Counted from the first letter of the stretch, positions 28,922 through 39,362 are shown. The stretch is DNA of 64,000 bases from Chloroflexota bacterium (GCA_030626475.1 DAOUOW010000001.1:108-64107); one strand, 5' to 3'. Notes: generated by a model from the letters alone, not told the origin. Program-made: numbers and translations.

Positions 28922-29629
28922 GTGCTAACCGTCAATTTCAAGCTCCTCCCCGTAGATAGCGGCAATAGGGTCTTGGATGTTGGCTGCGGTGAGGGAAGGC
29001 ATAGCTATGAGGTTTGCCGCTTGAACCATTGCGCCCTATGTGCTCTGGACATGGACTTCCAGTGCGTGAGGAAGACCCGCTACGTTCTACTCCACATGGA
29101 TTCGCAGCGCGTTTCAAAAGGGTATTGGAATGTAATGCGCGCCGATGCCCTCAGCCTCCCGTTCAAAGATGCCTCCTTCGACAGGATAATATGCTCTGAG
29201 GTGCTGGAGCACGTGGCGGATGATGAGCTGGGGATCAGGGAGCTGGTGAGGGTACTGAAGCCTGGCGGGGCGATGGCCATCACCGTTCCCACTTACCTCA
29301 CTGAAACAGTCTACTGGACCCTGGATCAAGACTATTATAACCATCCCGGCGGTCATGTGAGGAAGTATAAGACCCAAGAACTTTTGCGTTCTCTGGCAAG
29401 GAATCACATGGCTATTTACGCCATTCATCATGAGCATGCCTTCCATTCTATATATTGGCTGCTGCGCTGTATCTTCAGACTTAAGAATGAGGAGGCCCGA
29501 ATTCCAGCTCTATACTTCAAACTGCTGGAGTGGCATATATTAACCAAGTCCAGGTTCATTAGCCTTATGGAGCGGATCTTAAACTTCGTCTTCCCCAAAA
29601 GCGTAGTTATTTACGCCAGGAAATTGTAA
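28922..29629 (+). CDS. Class I SAM-dependent methyltransferase
   Basis: VLDVGCGEG, LPFKDASFD, EVLEHV, LKPGG. Confidence 0.92.
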   Translation: MLTVNFKLLPVDSGNRVLDVGCGEGRHSYEVCRLNHCALCALDMDFQCVRKTRYVLLHMDSQRVSKGYWNVMRADALSLPFKDASFDRIICSEVLEHVADDELGIRELVRVLKPGGAMAITVPTYLTETVYWTLDQDYYNHPGGHVRKYKTQELLRSLARNHMAIYAIHHEHAFHSIYWLLRCIFRLKNEEARIPALYFKLLEWHILTKSRFISLMERILNFVFPKSVVIYARKL

Positions 29630-29642
29630 CTATTGGGGGATT

Positions 29643-30899
29643 ATGTTGAAAATATGCCTTCTTTGCTATCGGGGAAACAAGTACTGCGGCGGTCAGGGGA
29701 TTTATCTCTATTACCTCTCCCGTGAATTGCAGCGCATGGGGCATGAGGTGGATGTAATAGTGGGACCTCCGTACCCCGATATTGCCGAGGGCATCAGGAT
29801 GCACAGGTTGGAAAGCCTGAACCTCTACGATCGGCTAATTGAAGGGAAGAAGGGTTTTCTCCCCCAGGACAACCCGCTGCATATTCTCACTCCCCTCAAC
29901 CTCTTCGAACTCGGGGCGACCTCCCTAGGTATGTTCCCGGAGATATTTACCTTCAGCATCAGAGCCTATCTCAGGATTCGCCAGCTTCTTCCCCATCATC
30001 GCTTCGATATTGTCCATGATAACCAGTGCCTGGCCTATGGTTTACTCCAGATAAGAGCCTCGGGGCTGCCTGTGGTGGCCACCATCCATCATCCACTGCC
30101 TATCGATACTAAGGCTGACCTGGCTCAGACATCAAGTATCCGAAAGAAGATCAGGCGCACCCTTTTCTATCCCCCGTTTATGCAGGGCATCGTCGCCAGA
30201 AGGCTGGATGGAGTGATTACCGATTCTGAGAGTTCGGCGCAGGAGATAAGGAGGATATTCAAGGTGCCCCCGGGCAAAATGAGAACCGTTTATCTCGGCG
30301 TGGATACCAACGTCTTCCGCAAACTGGACGGGCATAACAAGGAGTCCAATAGCCTGATAATGGTAGGCAGAACCGAGGATCGAAAGAAGGGCATCATCTA
30401 CTTGCTTCAGGCCCTCAGACTGCTCAAGGGGGATGACCTCCGTCCCAAAGTGACCATTGTCGATCAGGTGAACTCAGGAAGCCTGGCCCTGGATTTGGTC
30501 AGTAAGTATGCACTACAGGATATGGTTAGCTTTACCGGGAGGTTAACCACAGAGGAGTTGGTGAGCCACTATTCAGCAGCGGAGGTTGCTATAACCCCCT
30601 CTGTTTATGAGGGTTTTGGGCTTCCTGTTGCCGAGGCTATGGCCTGCGAGGTCCCTGTGATCGCTACCCGTGCCGGGGCTCTTCCCGAAGTGGTGGGAGA
30701 AGGGGAGACCGGGATTTTGGTGCCTCCCCAGGACCCCCATGCCCTGGCCAGCGCTATCAAGCGCCTCCTTGCGGATGAATCTATGCGCCGCAGGATGGGC
30801 AGTGAGGGCAGAAGACGGGTACAAAAGCACTTCTCATGGCCAGAGGCGGCAAGTAAAATGCTTCAGGTATATGAGGAGGTTTTATCTCAGCGTCGCTAG
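29643..30899 (+). CDS. Glycosyltransferase family 4 (paralog of 27701-28921)
   Basis: CGGQGIYLYYLSRELQR, PSVYEGFGLPVAEAMACE. Confidence 0.93.
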   Translation: MLKICLLCYRGNKYCGGQGIYLYYLSRELQRMGHEVDVIVGPPYPDIAEGIRMHRLESLNLYDRLIEGKKGFLPQDNPLHILTPLNLFELGATSLGMFPEIFTFSIRAYLRIRQLLPHHRFDIVHDNQCLAYGLLQIRASGLPVVATIHHPLPIDTKADLAQTSSIRKKIRRTLFYPPFMQGIVARRLDGVITDSESSAQEIRRIFKVPPGKMRTVYLGVDTNVFRKLDGHNKESNSLIMVGRTEDRKKGIIYLLQALRLLKGDDLRPKVTIVDQVNSGSLALDLVSKYALQDMVSFTGRLTTEELVSHYSAAEVAITPSVYEGFGLPVAEAMACEVPVIATRAGALPEVVGEGETGILVPPQDPHALASAIKRLLADESMRRRMGSEGRRRVQKHFSWPEAASKMLQVYEEVLSQRR

Positions 30900-31663
30900 C
30901 TCTTTGGGGTGCACTTGATAACGATGACATCGCTCAGCGAGGGAAATCTGCGAGCAATCCTATCCCCGAAGGCTAATATGATTGCTGAAATCCTCCGCGG
31001 CAAGAGGGCCAGTATCTTCCCCCAATAAGGAGCCATCCACAGCAAAGAGATGCCGAGGGTCTTTTTGACCTCAAAATGGCGACTGACCACGCTTTTGAGC
31101 AACTGGTAATCGAATTTGTAGGTATGGTCCGGAGGGGGCTGCCAAGGCTGCCTCTCATTCTTCTCCCGAAAGGGAAGCCTCTTGCCTATAGGATACCAAA
31201 GCCTCCCCAGGCGGCAGCTGAGGCTTTCGAAATTGGCGACAGCGATTATCGCCTCCCCATCGGGCTTGAGAACATGATGCATCTCCTCCACCGTCTTTTC
31301 CGGATCGAGGAAGTGGTCCAGGGAACCCTTGCACATGACTTTATCCAGGGAGTGCTTTCTGAACGGGAGTGCCTCACCAATCCCGCGTACCAGGGAAACA
31401 TCGCTTTCGCCTACATGCCCTTTAGCCGCGGTGAGCATTTTCCTTGAGGGATCAAGTCCTATCGCCTTTCCCCCCTTTATCGCCAAATGGATGATGCCCA
31501 TCGCCCGGCCACAGCCGATATCGAGAACAATCTCCCCCGGGGTGAGAGAAACCATGCCCAGGGTTTTCTCATCCACCTTGGAAAAGACGAAAGCGGTATC
31601 AGGATAAACCTTTTCTGGAACTACCCCGGCGTCATCCCACTCCAGGTCAACCCCTCTCTCCAT
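30896..31663 (-). CDS. Class I SAM-dependent methyltransferase
   Basis: VLDIGCGR, EALPF, SLDHF, VLKPDG. Confidence 0.88.
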   Translation of the reverse strand: MERGVDLEWDDAGVVPEKVYPDTAFVFSKVDEKTLGMVSLTPGEIVLDIGCGRAMGIIHLAIKGGKAIGLDPSRKMLTAAKGHVGESDVSLVRGIGEALPFRKHSLDKVMCKGSLDHFLDPEKTVEEMHHVLKPDGEAIIAVANFESLSCRLGRLWYPIGKRLPFREKNERQPWQPPPDHTYKFDYQLLKSVVSRHFEVKKTLGISLLWMAPYWGKILALLPRRISAIILAFGDRIARRFPSLSDVIVIKCTPKS

Positions 31664-31674
31664 TGGCCCTCCGC

Positions 31675-32223
31675 TTATCTGCCGTACTTTGCTTTCCCTT
31701 CCTGGTAGAGGTCGCCTCCGTGGGCGTCATTGACCACAGTAGCGGGGAAATTCTCCACCTCAAGGCGCAGGACAGCCTCGGCGCCCAACTCCTCATAGGC
31801 CACCGTATCCGACTTCTTGATCGCCCTGGCGATAAGGGCACCGGCACCGCCGATGGCGGCGAAATAGACCGCCTTGTGCTTTTTGATCGCCTCCTTCACC
31901 TCCTGGGAGCGAGACCCCTTACCTATCATCCCCTTAAGACCCTCGGTCAGCAAACGCGGTGAATAGGCATCCATGCGCCCACTGGTGGTGGGGCCAGCGG
32001 CACCGATAACCTGCCCCGGCTTGGCCGGTGAGGGGCCCATGAAATATATTGTCTGCCCCCGGACATCAAATGGCAAATCCTGTCCCTGATCCAGGGCCTC
32101 GACCATTCTCTTATGGGCTGCATCACGGCCAACATACATGACACCAGTAAGCAAAACGTTGTCCCCGGCTTTGAGGTCTCTTATGGCCTCGTCTGTCAAA
32201 GGTAGTGTAACTTTCTTCTGCAT
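31675..32223 (-). CDS. Class I fumarate hydratase, beta (C-terminal) subunit
   Basis: RDAAHKR, GPTTSGRMD, MIGKG, ELGAEAV. Confidence 0.93.
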   Translation of the reverse strand: MQKKVTLPLTDEAIRDLKAGDNVLLTGVMYVGRDAAHKRMVEALDQGQDLPFDVRGQTIYFMGPSPAKPGQVIGAAGPTTSGRMDAYSPRLLTEGLKGMIGKGSRSQEVKEAIKKHKAVYFAAIGGAGALIARAIKKSDTVAYEELGAEAVLRLEVENFPATVVNDAHGGDLYQEGKAKYGR

Positions 32224-32319
32224 TGCTATCCTCCTTAGACCGAAGCGAGAACAATCGAAAGACTACCCCCGCGCCAGTTCGAATATCCTCTAGCTCCCTC
32301 CCAAATTTAGTGAAACCTA

Positions 32320-33162
32320 TTAGCGTTTCGCTGTAAATTCTGGCACTGGCAGCTTGGGTTTTTCCTCTGCTGGAGGCGGAGCTACAAGAGACGGCTCTTT
32401 CTTTTTGCGCAATCTCAAAGTTTGTGCCAGCACTGTCCTCTTGAGCAATTGAATAGCCAAGGCGGGGTCCACCCCCTTAGGGCAAGCCTCAGAGCAAGCT
32501 CCGGCAAGGTGGCAAAGCCAAACGCCATGCCCAGAGTCAACTATAGCAGTCCTTTCCCTTACCCCCTCATCTCGACTATCTGCGCAATACCGATAAGCCT
32601 GAGCCAATGACTGAGGTCCTAAGAAGAGCACATCTGTAGCTGAAGTAGGGCAAGCCGCCAGGCATATCCCACATTTCACGCAATAGCTAAACTGCAAGTA
32701 TTCCTCTAGCTCTTGAGGCGACTGGGTATATTCAGCAGTAGGCTCCTCCATCTCCTCACTATCCGAGCGCAGGATGTAAGGCTTTATTGCCTTGTGGCTC
32801 TCAAATAGTGGGATGAGATCAGGGATGAGGTCTTTTATGATGCCATAATTAGGCAGGGACTTGATTTCTACTACATCTTTCCCCAGCTCCTCCACCGGCG
32901 TGTGGCACGCGAGCTTGGGCAAGCCATTAATCAGCATGCCACAGGAGCCACAAATACCCATCCGGCACGAGGTGCGAAAGGCGAGGGTGTTATCTATCTT
33001 TTCCTTGATGTAGTTAAGACCATCAAGCACTGTCATACCTTTGGTGAAGGGGATGACAAACTCCTGCAAATGAGACTTCTCATCACGAGTGGGCTCATAC
33101 CTTTGAACCCTGAACGTCAGTTCTTCCGCAGTTAAACTTTTCTCTTTCTCTGTCATAACCAT
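32320..33162 (-). CDS. sdhB: Succinate dehydrogenase/fumarate reductase Fe-S subunit
   Basis: SCRMGICGSC..LAC, CVKCGICLAACP, CHLAGACSEACP. Confidence 0.96.
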   Translation of the reverse strand: MVMTEKEKSLTAEELTFRVQRYEPTRDEKSHLQEFVIPFTKGMTVLDGLNYIKEKIDNTLAFRTSCRMGICGSCGMLINGLPKLACHTPVEELGKDVVEIKSLPNYGIIKDLIPDLIPLFESHKAIKPYILRSDSEEMEEPTAEYTQSPQELEEYLQFSYCVKCGICLAACPTSATDVLFLGPQSLAQAYRYCADSRDEGVRERTAIVDSGHGVWLCHLAGACSEACPKGVDPALAIQLLKRTVLAQTLRLRKKKEPSLVAPPPAEEKPKLPVPEFTAKR

Positions 33163-33167
33163 CTCTC

Positions 33168-33530
33168 CTAGGAATAATAGGCATTAAGCGCAATAAAAGT
33201 TCCATATCCAAAGACGGCAATCCCGATTCCCATCATAATGTAATTAAGCGAACGGGCGATAACAGGCGGCCAAGGTAGCTCCATAAGAACAACCCTCAAA
33301 CCATAAAGCGCGTGGTAAATAGCCACCGCCAAAAGGATAATGTAGAAGCTGGCCCAGCCGGCGCTGGTTGCCCTGTCCATTACACTGCCCCATGATGTTG
33401 GCTCCTCTATATGTACGCCAAAGACGCCAGCGAAATCATCCAACCGTAGCGCTGTGACATGTGCCGCGATAAGGAAAAACACAGCAACCCCGGTAATCAG
33501 CTGTAGAACACGAAAGTAAGATTGACGCAT
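33168..33530 (-). CDS. sdhD: SDH/FRD membrane anchor subunit D
   Basis: Three TM helices, LQLITG, AAHV, YHALYGLR. Confidence 0.8.
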   Translation of the reverse strand: MRQSYFRVLQLITGVAVFFLIAAHVTALRLDDFAGVFGVHIEEPTSWGSVMDRATSAGWASFYIILLAVAIYHALYGLRVVLMELPWPPVIARSLNYIMMGIGIAVFGYGTFIALNAYYS

Positions 33531-33539
33531 TGCACACCT

Positions 33540-33983
33540 CTATACTACAAAGTCAATTAGGATAAGGAGCAGAAGAATCGCTCCCAGCGCACCCATTGCC
33601 AATACGATGGGGCGCCTTCGTTGCAGAGCATGACTATAAGGATATATCGGTGGTTTGGGAGCACCTAAGGTGTAACCCAGTTGCTGCAGAATGAGCCTTA
33701 GCCCGTTAAGGGCATGGATGAGAAAGGCGGCAATAACAAGGTACTCCCCGACTGCGAATACCGGGTTCTCAAACAGGCTCATGGTGTCTTCCCAAAGCCC
33801 CTCTCCGCTAATGCGCATACCATTGGCTGTGAGGTGGAGGATGCCGTATAAAATTATGCCGAGCCCGGTCACCCTCTGGAGAGTATAGAGATAGCGCTCC
33901 ACATTATATCTGCCAGCCCATACCCAACCCCAGATACCCAGGTAATTCTTCAACGGTTTCTTCTTCACTTCTGCCACGTTCAT
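33540..33983 (-). CDS. sdhC: SDH/FRD cytochrome b subunit C
   Basis: LQRVTG, GILHL, IHALNGLRLIL; three TM helices. Confidence 0.85.
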   Translation of the reverse strand: MNVAEVKKKPLKNYLGIWGWVWAGRYNVERYLYTLQRVTGLGIILYGILHLTANGMRISGEGLWEDTMSLFENPVFAVGEYLVIAAFLIHALNGLRLILQQLGYTLGAPKPPIYPYSHALQRRRPIVLAMGALGAILLLLILIDFVV

Positions 33984-33986
33984 AGG

Positions 33987-35702
33987 TCAATACTTCCTTT
34001 CTACCGGCTGCCACATCGTAATGGTCATCGGAATATAGTCAAGCCGTGGTCCTTCTGGGGTATAGTAAGCCAAGGTATGTTTGCCCCAATTAACATCGTC
34101 TCTCTGGGGGCAGTCCCTCCGGGAATGAGACCCCCGAGATTCAGTGCGTGCTATTCCTCCGACTACGATCGCTTCTGCTATATCGAGGAGGTTAGCCACT
34201 TCCAAAATATTGAGAAGGTTAGTATTGTACACCCTGCTTTCGTCCTTGACCCGCACCCTCTTCATTCGCTCTCTTAATTCCCTTATTTTCTCTAGCGCCT
34301 TCTCCATCTCCGGACCGGTGCGGAAAACCCCCACCTGACGATCCATGGCGCTTTGCAGTTCGCTTCTGATGACGTAAACGTCTTCCTCGCCGCTCTGATG
34401 GCGGTACTGGTCAAATATGAGCGCCTCCTCCTGACGCACCCTTTCTTGAGAAACCGAAACCAGAGCTTTTTGTTCTCGGGCAAATTTAGCTGCTTTTTCA
34501 CCGGTGATCTTCCCCCAGAGCAAGCACTCAGCAGTGGAATTGGAGCCGAGACGATTTGCCCCATGTAACGAAATACAAGCAGCCTCACCTGAAGCCCAGA
34601 TTCCTTGTATTGGGGTTGCGCCATCGATATCGACATGGATACCACCCATGAAATAATGAGCCGCTGGTCGAATGGGGATAGGCTCATCAATAGGGTCGAT
34701 GAAAGCCAACTTTATCGCCACCTCCCTTATTAAGGGCAGGCGCTCATTGATCTTCGCCGCACCGAGATGGCGCAGGTCTATGTGTAAGTAGTCCAGGCCG
34801 TCAGGTCCTGGGAATCCCCTTCCCTCCTCGATCTCAGTTATCTCGGAGCGAGACACGATATCCCTGGGAGCTGTTTCCTTTCTCTCAGGGGCATACTTTT
34901 CCATAAATCTTTCGCCCTTGTTATTTCTCAGATAGCCTCCTTCACCCCTCGCTGCTTCGGTAATTAGGATGCCGGAGGGTATCAGCCCAGTAGGATGAAA
35001 CTGGACGAACTCCATGTCCTTGATTGGGAACCCAGCCCTGTAGGCCATGGCCAGGCCATCCCCGGTAGCGGTGAGGGAATAAGTGGTAAAACCAAACATA
35101 CGACAGGCACCACCGGTAGCGATAACCAAAGCCTTCGCCCTGATCACGAAAAACTCGCCACTTGTCAAATCCCACACCGTTACCCCTTGAAAGGAATTGT
35201 CGCCCACCAAGATTGAGGTCACATAGCACTCATCATAACGGGTGACAGAGGCATACTTTTGGAGGATATCATAGAGGGTCTGCATCTCAAAGAAGCCGGT
35301 TTTATCGGCGGCGAAAACAGCTCGGTCGAAGGTATGACCACCAAAGGCTCGTTGGTCGATGCGACCATCAGGACGGCGCGACCAGGGGATACCCCAGTGC
35401 TCTAGCTGCAGGATCTCTTGCGGCATTTCTTCGACGAAGCGCTGCACAACATCCTGGTCAGCCAGGAAGTCGCTTCCCCTCACTGTGTCCCAGGCATGCA
35501 GCTCGAAGCTATCGCCCTCTTCGGGGCGCATCATTGCCGCTGTACCGCCTTCGGCACAAACCGAGTGGGAACGCATTAGCTGAACTTTGGAAACGATGGC
35601 AATATCCAGCTCCCCTTTGCTCACCCGGGCTGCCTCAACCGCCGCTCGCAGTCCTGCTATCCCAGAGCCTAAAACTAGCAGATCGTGACTAACACCATTC
35701 AT
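33987..35702 (-). CDS. sdhA: Succinate dehydrogenase/fumarate reductase flavoprotein
   Basis: GSGIAG, RSHSVCAEGG, QFHPT, ITEAARGEG, HGANRLGSNS, ESRGSH. Confidence 0.97.
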   Translation of the reverse strand: MNGVSHDLLVLGSGIAGLRAAVEAARVSKGELDIAIVSKVQLMRSHSVCAEGGTAAMMRPEEGDSFELHAWDTVRGSDFLADQDVVQRFVEEMPQEILQLEHWGIPWSRRPDGRIDQRAFGGHTFDRAVFAADKTGFFEMQTLYDILQKYASVTRYDECYVTSILVGDNSFQGVTVWDLTSGEFFVIRAKALVIATGGACRMFGFTTYSLTATGDGLAMAYRAGFPIKDMEFVQFHPTGLIPSGILITEAARGEGGYLRNNKGERFMEKYAPERKETAPRDIVSRSEITEIEEGRGFPGPDGLDYLHIDLRHLGAAKINERLPLIREVAIKLAFIDPIDEPIPIRPAAHYFMGGIHVDIDGATPIQGIWASGEAACISLHGANRLGSNSTAECLLWGKITGEKAAKFAREQKALVSVSQERVRQEEALIFDQYRHQSGEEDVYVIRSELQSAMDRQVGVFRTGPEMEKALEKIRELRERMKRVRVKDESRVYNTNLLNILEVANLLDIAEAIVVGGIARTESRGSHSRRDCPQRDDVNWGKHTLAYYTPEGPRLDYIPMTITMWQPVERKY

Positions 35703-35829
35703 TCTACCCCCTTATCGACATCAGCAAAATGGCTCCGAATGAAATATGAGACTACACTGAGCCCTGGAGCCATCTCGCTGAAAGCTCGACGGTCATAATT
35801 TTGCCTTTTTCTTCACACCCTGTGATTTT

Positions 35830-35970
35830 GGCGGGGGGAGTTCCATGGCAAAGGACATAAGATACCTTGGAGAGCATTGACCACGCTAATAGTACAAGGA
35901 CATGATCTCCCCCCATCTCCTTAACCTTTGCCACAAATTCGCTTTGCAGCCTGTTACTGGAAATGGTGAG
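35830..35970 (-). pseudogene. Decayed heterodisulfide reductase C (hdrC)-like 5' remnant
   Basis: LTISSNRLQSEFVAKVKEMGG, then after a frameshift YY*RGQCSPRYLMSFAMELPP, resembling a CYQCGKCSAGCP...AMD motif. Confidence 0.65.
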
Positions 35971-35975
35971 CGCCT

Positions 35976-36821
35976 CTAAAGCACCGCCTCCTTGTGCCGA
36001 GCAGCGTGGCATTGCAGGTTTACCGCCACGGGAAGGCTGGCTATGTGCGCAGGGAAGACCTCAGCATGCACCGCTAGGGCAGTAATTCTTCCCCCGAAGC
36101 CTTGCGGTCCAACGCCGGTATTATTAACCCGTTCCAGGATTTCCCGCTCTAGCTCCGCCACCTCAGGGTCAGGATTAGGCTCTCCCACCCGGCGCAGCAG
36201 CACCTTCTTGGCCAGGATCATTGCCTTGTCTGCCGTGCCTCCAATCCCCACCCCGACAATCACCGGAGGACAAGGATTGCTTCCCGCCTCGTCAACCGCC
36301 CTCACCACGAAGTCGACGACCCCCTGGCGACCTTCCGCCGGCTTGAGCATGGCAAGGCGGCTCATATTCTCACTGCCGCCTCCTTTGGGCATCACCGTGA
36401 TGTGGAGCTTATCGCCGCTCACCACTTCGGTGTGAATAACAGCAGGGGTGTTATCCCTGGTGTTCACCCTTGCCGAGAAGGGCTGGCGCGCTATCGACTT
36501 TCGCAGATAACCCTCGTTGTAGCCCTGGCGTACCCCCTCCTCCACCGCAGCGTAAAGGTCGCCGCCGACGATGTGAACATCCTGGCCCAGCTCGAGATAG
36601 ACCACAGCGAAGCCACAGTCCTGACAAATAGGAATGCGCTCCTTAGCCGCAATATCCGCATTTTCCAGAATCTGCTCTAAGACCTGGCGTCCTAAAGGGG
36701 ACTCCTCCCTCTCTATCCCCTGCTTCAGGGAATCCAAGACATCATCCCCAAGAAAGAAGTTTGCCTCCTGAAACAGGCGAGCCACGGTTTCGGTCACTTT
36801 CTTGGCATCAATCTCTCTCAT
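35976..36821 (-). CDS. Class I fumarate hydratase, alpha (N-terminal) subunit
   Basis: PICQDCG, KGGGSEN, NPCPP, NLQCHAAR. Confidence 0.93.
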   Translation of the reverse strand: MREIDAKKVTETVARLFQEANFFLGDDVLDSLKQGIEREESPLGRQVLEQILENADIAAKERIPICQDCGFAVVYLELGQDVHIVGGDLYAAVEEGVRQGYNEGYLRKSIARQPFSARVNTRDNTPAVIHTEVVSGDKLHITVMPKGGGSENMSRLAMLKPAEGRQGVVDFVVRAVDEAGSNPCPPVIVGVGIGGTADKAMILAKKVLLRRVGEPNPDPEVAELEREILERVNNTGVGPQGFGGRITALAVHAEVFPAHIASLPVAVNLQCHAARHKEAVL

Positions 36822-36836
36822 AGCCCTTACCCTTAA

Positions 36837-37763
36837 TCAGAGCTTCATAATGTTGACCAGCTCCCTCACCGCCTCAGCTGACTTCTTCAGCGCAGCATCC
36901 TCCTCAGAGTCCAGCTTTATCTCGATGATTTGCTCGACCCCATTCGCCCCCACCTTTATCGGGACGCTCAAAAATACCCCCTTGATGCCATATTCGCCAT
37001 CGAGATAAACGGCGCAAGGGAGTATCCTCTTCTTATCGAGGAGGATTGAATCCACCATCTGGGCCACCGCCGCCGATGGGGCATAGTAAGCACTGCCAGT
37101 CTTGAGCAGGCTAACGATCTCGCCGCCGCCCTTCACCGTGCGCGTGACGATACGCTCGATGGTCTCTGGGGGCAGAATATTGGTTATCGGCACGCCGCCA
37201 ACAGTGGAGAGTCTGGGGATGGGCACCATGCTATCGCCATGTCCCCCCAGGACACAGGCAAAGACATCCTCCACCGAGACATCGAGTTCCGCAGCGAGGA
37301 AGGTTCTAAATCTGGTGGTATCGAGGATGCCTGACATGCCTATAACACGGTTCTTGGGAAACTTACTCACATGAAGCGCGAGTTGAGCCATAGCATCCAG
37401 GGGGTTGGTAACCACGATAATGATGCAATTAGGGGAATACTTCACCACGCTCTCGGTGACCCCTTTAATGATCTCCATATTGGTGAACAGCAGGTCGTCC
37501 CGGCTCATCCCTGGCTTTCTCGGCACACCAGAGGTGATGACAGCGATGTCGGAATCCGCCGTCTCCTCATAGCTGTTGCTGCCGATGAGGCGGGCATCGG
37601 AAGAAACCACAGGGCCGCTCTCGAGCATGTCCAGGGCCTTCCCCTGGGGTAGCCCCTCGATAATGTCCACCAGCACCACATCGGCATGTCCCCGCTCAGC
37701 GAGCCTTTGGACGCAACTAGCGCCTACATTCCCGGCACCAACAACTGTTACTTTTTTGCGCAT
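36837..37763 (-). CDS. mdh: Malate dehydrogenase (LDH-like)
   Basis: [30 protein letters not shown]. Confidence 0.97.
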   Translation of the reverse strand: MRKKVTVVGAGNVGASCVQRLAERGHADVVLVDIIEGLPQGKALDMLESGPVVSSDARLIGSNSYEETADSDIAVITSGVPRKPGMSRDDLLFTNMEIIKGVTESVVKYSPNCIIIVVTNPLDAMAQLALHVSKFPKNRVIGMSGILDTTRFRTFLAAELDVSVEDVFACVLGGHGDSMVPIPRLSTVGGVPITNILPPETIERIVTRTVKGGGEIVSLLKTGSAYYAPSAAVAQMVDSILLDKKRILPCAVYLDGEYGIKGVFLSVPIKVGANGVEQIIEIKLDSEEDAALKKSAEAVRELVNIMKL

Positions 37764-37767
37764 CGTC

Positions 37768-38850
37768 CTACTCCTCCATTTTTTCTATTACTGCGTCAGC
37801 TACCTCGGAAGTGCTCACCGCTGTGGGGTCGTTGCGATCGGGCTTCATGTCGTAGGTAACCGACTTTCCTTCGACGATAACCTTTGCTACCGCCCTTTCC
37901 ACCCGATCGGCGACTTCTTTCTCCCCCAGATAGCGCAGCATCATCACCCCTGAGAGCATCATGGCCATAGGGTTTACCTTGTTTTGCCCCGTATATTTTG
38001 GGGCGCTGCCGTGCGTGGGTTCAAATACAGCGATATCGTCCCCTATGTTGGCACCAGGGGCAAGGCCGAGGCCACCGATGAGACCAGCACAAAGCTCGGA
38101 GACGATGTCCCCGTAGAGATTGGGCAGAACGAGGACGTCGTGTCGCTGGGGGAAGCGCGCCAGTTGCATGCAAAGGCTATCGACGATTATGGTTTCAAAA
38201 TCTATATCGGGGTATTCCCGGGCTACCTTGGAGGCAGTGGAGAGGAACAGGCCATCAGTGTATTTCAGGATGTTTGCTTTGTGAACCGCGGTCACCCTTT
38301 TCCTGTTATTGGCACGAGCGTAGTCGAAAGCATACTTCACAATCCTTCTCGTGGCGCTTTCGGAGATGGCCTTGATGCTAAAGTTCGAATCGTCCCTGAT
38401 CCCATCAGCGCCGGACTCGATGATGAAACGAGCAAGCATCTCCCCTTCCACGGTCTCCCTTTCGAACTCGATCCCAAGATAAAGGTCCTCCGTGTTCTCC
38501 CTAATGACCACAATATCCACATCTGGGTGCAAAGTGGGGGCCCCGGGGTAGCTCTTACAAGGGCGGAGGCAAACATAAAGGTCCAGCTCTTTGCGCACCG
38601 CTACGTTGACGCTTCTAAAGCCAGAGCCTATGGGGGTAGTGATGGGGCCTTTAAGGGCTACCTTGTGTCTCCTGATCGAGTCCAGCACATAACCGGGGAG
38701 AGGAGTGCCATATGTGTCCTGGGCACGGTCGCCGGCGTAGGCCATATCCCAGTTGAACTTGACCCCCGTGGCTTCCAGCACCCTCACCGCAGCCTCGGTA
38801 ACCTCAGGACCGATGCCATCGCCAGGGATCAGGGTAACATCATAGGCCAA
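37768..38850 (-). CDS. icd: Isocitrate/isopropylmalate dehydrogenase family, probably isocitrate dehydrogenase
   Basis: [42 protein letters not shown]. Confidence 0.85.
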   Translation of the reverse strand: MAYDVTLIPGDGIGPEVTEAAVRVLEATGVKFNWDMAYAGDRAQDTYGTPLPGYVLDSIRRHKVALKGPITTPIGSGFRSVNVAVRKELDLYVCLRPCKSYPGAPTLHPDVDIVVIRENTEDLYLGIEFERETVEGEMLARFIIESGADGIRDDSNFSIKAISESATRRIVKYAFDYARANNRKRVTAVHKANILKYTDGLFLSTASKVAREYPDIDFETIIVDSLCMQLARFPQRHDVLVLPNLYGDIVSELCAGLIGGLGLAPGANIGDDIAVFEPTHGSAPKYTGQNKVNPMAMMLSGVMMLRYLGEKEVADRVERAVAKVIVEGKSVTYDMKPDRNDPTAVSTSEVADAVIEKMEE

Positions 38851-38864
38851 GTCGCCGCTCCTTT

Positions 38865-39362
38865 CTAAGAGATGTCGAAGTCTTTGTGCTTCTTAATATA
38901 CGGGATAAGCCCGCCTTCATCAATAATGCTGAGCATTACCTCGGGGAATTTGCCTGAGGTAAGCTCTGACCCGGTGGTAACATTCTTAACCTTACCTCCC
39001 TTGAGATCAACCTCAAGCTCATCCCCATCCCTTATTTTATCACTATCACAAATCAAAACGGGAAGCCCCACATTTATTGCGTTTCTAAAGAAGATTCGTG
39101 CCACCGATTTTGCCACGATGGCGCTCACCCCGGCCATCTTTATGATGACCGCAGCATGCTCTCGGCTAGAGCCTTGACCAAAGTTCCTGCCGGCAACAAT
39201 GAAGTCTCCGGGCTTCACCCGGGAAACAAAATCAGGGTTAACATCCTCGAGAAGATGCTTCGCCAGCTCAGGCAAGTTGCTCCTGAGGTGAAACCACCTC
39301 CCGGGCGCGATGTCATCTGTGGAGATATTATCCCCGAACTTAAACGCTCTTCCCCTAAGCAT
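38865..39362 (-). CDS. LeuD/homoaconitase-type small subunit
   Basis: DNISTDDIAP, NFGQGSSREHA, ARIFFRNAIN. Confidence 0.92.
   Translation of the reverse strand: MLRGRAFKFGDNISTDDIAPGRWFHLRSNLPELAKHLLEDVNPDFVSRVKPGDFIVAGRNFGQGSSREHAAVIIKMAGVSAIVAKSVARIFFRNAINVGLPVLICDSDKIRDGDELEVDLKGGKVKNVTTGSELTSGKFPEVMLSIIDEGGLIPYIKKHKDFDIS

Noticed and set aside
32224..32319. hdrB 3' remnant between sdhB and fumarase beta
   Set aside because: No recognisable HdrB residues in the minus-strand reading I tried.
35752..36012. 86-aa ORF as a functional gene
   Set aside because: Better explained as reading through a frameshifted hdrC-like relic.
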